From positions 1-44,253 of the forward strand of contig NW_021834902.1 in NCBI RefSeq assembly GCF_006345805.1: DNA of 44,253 nucleotides, given 5' to 3'. Under the pieces are notes generated by a model. The model was not told the origin of the DNA. It did not search any database and was given only the letters and a program-made list of their open reading frames with translations. The DNA is from Octopus sinensis (Eukaryota). Position numbers and translations under genes: made by a program. Positions 35,921-44,253 of the stretch are shown here, in pieces (position 1 is the stretch's first letter; every line of letters begins with the position of its first letter).

Positions 35921-36794
35921 ACCTATGATGTATAAAATACAAAGAAAGAGAAGAGGTCCAAGATGAATATACTTATTTCACCAGTTGATATCCATATAAC
36001 GACAATCATTTTGCTGGCTTTATCATAGAAAAACGACTTATTTTAGAGTATAATCTATCTATATATATAATACATTGTGTGTGTGTGTCCTCTATGCATG
36101 CTCAAACCTCTGGATCAATCTGTACGATATTTGGGGTACATGAATAATTTGATCTTGGAAAGAATAATATGGTCTTGATTTATTTCTTTATTAAAAATAA
36201 ATAATATTGATTTATATATAAAGATTCACTTCTTGAAATAGTTTTGTCAATGTCAACTTCCTGTGCTTGGCGTCCTGACGTAGTAACTATGTTTCAACTT
36301 CCTGCATTTGACATCCTTATGTAGTAACTAAGTAACCAGCTATTTATACACATGTGTATGTACAGTTGTGACGATTTCTGATAAAAGAGAATTTCTAAAG
36401 GTACTTTCATGTGAAAAAAAAAATTCATATGGACATAGATGCCTTTTTCTCAATTAATTGAACGAGGTACTGTATATTGTACACGGATTTTCCAATACAT
36501 ATTTTGGACATTTCTGGAACAAGTCGACTTATTAACACTTAGTATTTCACATTTAAATCCGATGCAATTATTCTTGGTGCAACTTGACTTATTAACACTT
36601 TCACTTAACCATTTTGTTAATGTCAACATAGTAACTAAGTAACCAGCTATTTACACACGCATAAATATGTATACATTATTACAGTTGTGATGATTTCAAA
36701 TAAAAAAGAATTTGTAAGGATACTTTCATTTTTTTATATTCTCCTCCATCTTTCTATTTGTGTAAGATATATAGTTATGTGGGTGTGTGTGTGA

Positions 36795-38872
36795 GAAGAC
36801 AGTCACTGGAATGCGACTCTGGATGAGGTAGTTGTTTCCTGCTCTGCATTTCAGTTGCGAAATCTCTTTGCCATTATGACATCTCAGCCCTCACCAACTG
36901 TGGGAGAATCAACAGGAATCCTTCTGTGAAGACATTGTTAACGAACTGCAAAAGCAAAATCAAGATCTTAAAATCCAGCTGCTGACTGAAAACATTCAGA
37001 ATGAGGCTCTACTTCTTCTTGAAGATATGGTTCTTCAGCTTGGAGGAAAACATTTGCAGGAGTATGGCTTGCCAGATCCAATAAGAGAACAGCCCAGAAA
37101 AGACCAGGAGATTTTAAGAGAGACATCCTACAATGTGAACAATCTCTATGAGTCTGTGACAGAGAATGAGCCAAAGCTTTCAACTGAACAACAGACAGCT
37201 TATAATTGCATCATTCCAATGACTCAGGAGGAAAAGAGTGGGCTGTTCTTTTTGGATGCTCCTGGGGTTACTGGCAAGACATTTTTGATCAACCTTTTGT
37301 TAGCAAAAGTCTGTCTAGATGGGTGCATTGCATTGGCAGTAGCATCTTCTGGAATAGCACCTACTCTCTTGACAGGTGGATGAACAGTTCATTCTACTTT
37401 CAAGATTCCCTTGAATTTAGTTCGGACAGAGACTCCAGTTTGCAACATTTCTAAGATATCAGTAAAGGCCAAAGTCTTGCAGCAGATGCACTTGATTGTC
37501 TGGGATGAATGCACCATGTCTCACCTTGGAGCACTTGAGGCTGTTGACTGTAGCCTTGAGAGGTAAAGACATTCTCATAGGTGGGGGTCACTGTAGTTTT
37601 GGCTGGGTATTCAGAAAAACCCTTCTTGTGATTCCAAAAGGTACAAAAGCAGATGAACTACAGGCCTGTCTCAAGCAATCCTATCTGTGGAGGTAAGTGA
37701 CTAAACTGAACCTCACAGTTAACATGAGAGCCCAATTATTTGGTGATCAAACTGCTGGGCTGCCAGCTTTCAAAGATAGGGAATGGGCAACTACTGTATG
37801 TCAACCAAATGCAGCAACACCAGTTACCCTGTGGTAAGATGGTACCAAATGTCAATGATCTCATAACACATGCGCTCCCAAACATTGCACAAAACTTTAG
37901 CAACAGTCAATGATTCTGTGAGCAAGCCATCTTAGCTCCATGTAATGATGCTGTCAACAAAATCAACTGGGGTCTCTTGCAGATATTGCCAGAACAAGAA
38001 GATCTTTCAAATCCCTTGATACTGTCATTGATCAGGACAGTCCCTAGTTTTACTGAGTTCCCGAACTCTCTACAGCCAACTAGAATGCCACTTAACATTT
38101 AAAAAAGGGGCCCAATCACGCTGCTCAGGAATCTGGATCCACCTCATCTGTGCAATGGCACCAGACTCGTGGTGAAAGTGATGCGACCCCATGTCCTACA
38201 GGCAACAATTATGACTGGGAACTATAAGGGTGAGGATGTCTTCATTCCACGGATCCCATTAATCCCATGACTTCCCCTTTGAATTTAAATGGTTCCAGTT
38301 CCCAGTGAAACTATGCTTTGCTATATCAATAAATCTCAAAGACAGTCTCTTAAGGTTGTTGGACTTCACACCTTACTTCTCTCATGGGCAATTATATGTA
38401 GGATGTTTACGAGTTGGAAGTCCCCAAAATGTTTACATTTATACACCAACTAGCAGTATCGCCCGGCGTTGCTCAGGTTTGTAAGGGAAATAACTATAAA
38501 GCATTTTTAGAGAGTTATAGCCAAAAAATAGCAAAAAGATGGAAAAAAATGATGGTAAATTCTTTTTTTAGTTAAAAAAGGTGGAGTTGCGTTCCCTAGA
38601 CAGTTTGTGTTTCTGATTCTCGACCCCATGTCAAATTTATCAATTATTTTCAGAACTGGGGGAACTTTTCAAAATTTTCGCTGCGTTAGTTTTGAATTAT
38701 GACATTGGGCTATGTGTGTGTCAAGTTTCATCAGAATCGGTTGAAAGCCGTGGTCAGGGTGAGGGTACAAGAAAACAGACACACAGAAACACGCACAGAC
38801 AAACTACCGTTTATATAGAGAGAGATTAAAGGACACATTCAAAACATCGCATATTTAGAAGCTCTAAATAAT
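36795..38872 (+). pseudogene. Helitron PIF1/SF1B helicase pseudogene
   Basis: FFLDAPGVTGKTFL, AVASSGIA, IVWDECTM, LLRNLDPPHLCNGTRL, QFPVKLCFA, FSHGQLYV, NIAYLEALK*; multiple stops and frameshifts. Confidence 0.9.
38450..38825 (-). mobile_element. Non-autonomous Helitron nested in the helicase gene
   Basis: Minus strand A|TCTCTCTCTATATAAAC...GCAACGCCGGGCGATACTGCTAG|T; removing it restores the helicase frame. Confidence 0.85.
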
Positions 38873-39729
38873 TAAACTGTGATTGATTTCCAGATTTGTT
38901 TCAATACGTTTGATAATTTTTGTTAAATGTACTTATTAAGAGGAGAGGAGTGCCCACAGGCCAGTTCTTCTTAAATTTATGTATTTTCAGGTTCAATGTG
39001 TTTCAAATAAGTACTGACAATTGAAGGTGATTGCAAAGACAAAGAACTACCTGCTTTTTTTAACAATTTTAACAGTGAGAACATTGGACAAAACATGTTA
39101 TTGACATATACACTTGGTACCTCAGCTAATTACTGTTGAGAACTGCATTTTACTGTTTCATTTTACTTAGAGATTTAAAAGGTATAATTAGTTTCACTTG
39201 TTAATATTTACGTATATGGATACGTAAACATCTGCAAGATCGTCAGCGTAGTCTGTCGTTTACAAAATACAATTTCTACAATTAAGTACAGGGCACCCTG
39301 TTGAGTGCCCTGTACCTAGTTACACATGAATATATAGTAATCTGTGTCCCAAACTCTATTTAACTGTGGTATTCATCTTATGAAAATATGTCTCATGGAT
39401 GTACAGTGTTAAAAACTCTTACAGCAAGCAGTTGCCTGGAGATACATACTATTGATGAAGTGCAACGAGGCAGAAATGCAACTGGAGAGAATAATTGAAG
39501 CCAGAATCACATGGCCAGAGAAAAGAATTCTTACTCACACAAAATAACTTTATAAATAATAATCACATGATGAAATTGATGCTGAGGAGGATGATGGCAG
39601 TGGTGGGAGTAGAATTGATGGTGATGACGATGACATTGGCAATGATGATGCTGATGATGAAATTAACATAATCATGCAATACACTTGACACTCAATAATC
39701 AATAAAATCTATACTAGATCAATACAAAT

Positions 39730-42780
<3,051 letters not shown>

Positions 42781-42781
42781 T

Positions 42782-43944
42782 GACTTTCTGAAGAATAGAA
42801 GTCAGGTGGTAGCAGCCAATGGGGCCACTTCCATTAGCACACAAATAGAGCGTGTTCCACAGGGCACTTTTGGGACCACTACTCTTCATAATGGCCCTCT
42901 CAGACATGCCCTCAGCCACGCGGAGAGCCACGATCACAAGTTATGCAGATGATACAAAAGTTTCACAGGCAATACAGAACCCTGAAGACACTAAGCACCT
43001 GCAATATGAGCTGGACGAAATATACAAGTGGGCTGAAAAGAATAGCATGCAGTTCAATGTTGAAAAGTTTCAAGCTTTATACTATCAGCATGCAAAACTG
43101 AATGCAATACCCAATGAATACACTGGACCCGGAGGGATTGCAATCCCATAGGCACAATCAGTGCGTGACCTGGGTATTCACATGAGTGATGACGCGACCT
43201 TTCATGTACATGTTGCTAAACTGACAATGAAATGCAGGGTGGCTGGATGGATTCTTAGAACCTTTAGCAAGAGAACAAGAAACCCAGATGGTCCTCTGGA
43301 AGACACTTGTCCTAAGCCACTTTGACTATTGCTCTCAGCTATGGTCACCGTCCAGTGTCAAGTTTGATCACAGAACTTGAGGCGATCCAACGAAGCTACA
43401 CAAAGAAGATAGCCTCTATGCAGAATGTAAGCTACTGGGAAAGACTCAAGAGATTAAAATTATATCCCCTGGAGCGTAGGCGGGAAAGATATGCCATAAT
43501 ATACATCTGGAAGATCCTGGAGGGAAGTGTCCTGAACTTTGGCATCGAGAGTTACGCAAACGCCAGAACTGGGCGCCACTGCGTGGTGCCTAGGACTCCA
43601 AACTTGCCATCAGATGTAGGACAAGATTCTGTGATAGCCTGGGCTTCCGAGGCCCACAGCTCTTCAATATCCTCCCGATGAACCCGAGAGACCAGCATGG
43701 GGTGGATACAGATGTCTTTAAAATGGATCTGGATCTCTTCCTGTCAGGTGTCCCAGATGAACCAACTTCACGGCAGGAGGGGCAGATGAGGGCAGCTGTA
43801 TCGAACTCTCTCATGCACCAAATAGCAGTTGCTAGAAAGCCAACATGAAGTGAAACCAAGTAGCAACACCAAATGGCGGTGCCCCAGCATGGCCACAGCT
43901 CATAAGCTGAAACTGGAATCAATCAATCAATCAATCAATCAATC
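42782..43944 (+). mobile_element. 5'-truncated CR1-group LINE with (AATC)n tail
   Basis: [64 protein letters not shown]. Confidence 0.9.
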
Positions 43945-43976
<32 letters not shown>

Positions 43977-44253
43977 GATAGCCTCTGTGCAGCATACGAG
44001 CTACTGGGAGAGACTCAAGAGATTAAAGCTCTATTCCCTGGAGCGTAGGCAAGAAAGATATGCCATAATATATATCTGGAAGATCCTGGAAGGTCTTGTC
44101 CCAGACTTTGGCATCGAGAGTCACACAAACGTAGTACCAAGGAATCCAAATTTGCCATCAAGATCTAGGACAAGATATTGTGATAGCCTGGGCTTCAGAG
44201 GCCCACGGCTCTTCAATGTCCTCCCGAAGAACCTGAGGGACCTGCAGGGGTAG
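43977..44253 (+). mobile_element. Second shorter copy of the same CR1-group LINE (runs off the window)
   Basis: Direct match to ~43408-43700 with substitutions and a short deletion. Confidence 0.88.

Larger units (their letters stand above)
36054..39319 (+). mobile_element. Defective Helitron with PIF1-like helicase remnant (Rep domain missing)
   Basis: A|TCTATCTATATA start; 11-bp hairpin gtacagggcac/gtgccctgtac (39286-39315) then CTAG|T; internal direct repeats ~36250-36730. Confidence 0.85.

Noticed and set aside
36795-38872. Cellular PIF1 helicase gene
   Set aside because: Intronless, disrupted by stops and enclosed by Helitron TC/hairpin-CTAG termini.
39423-39481. Possible 59-bp minus-strand exon (ttctctccag|...|gtaaga)
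   Set aside because: Splice-like ends only; no recognisable peptide or partner exons.

Overview
AT-rich animal genomic DNA. The (TA)n/(TG)n load and the SINE/LINE/Penelope families look like a coleoid cephalopod such as Octopus (inference, not verified). The window holds one intact protein-coding gene: a four-exon group XII secretory phospholipase A2 (PLA2G12A-like) on the + strand, CDS join(597..825,10698..10765,15256..15424,21263..21993), 398 aa. The 68-bp exon 2 is not translated in its correct frame in the ORF track. The protein keeps the HD catalytic dyad and 14 domain cysteines, then carries an unusual ~220-aa low-complexity tail ending in KDEF. Most of the rest is decayed mobile DNA: two L1/Tx1-like LINEs, RTE and CR1-like LINEs, Penelope-like fragments with hammerhead-like motifs, mariner and maT-like relics, hAT- and piggyBac-type MITEs, a Helitron with a nested Helitron, three tRNA-derived SINE families and a 3-kb microsatellite field. 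Best leads: (1) an ORF1-only 'half-L1' element with a target-site duplication; (2) two SINE-LINE 3'-tail partnerships, one with an L1/Tx1-type LINE; (3) a piece of the presumed PLA2 3'UTR ending in an RTE tail that is duplicated inside a MITE 5 kb downstream, possibly by retroposition. Repeat boundaries were read by eye and are approximate unless termini are quoted.
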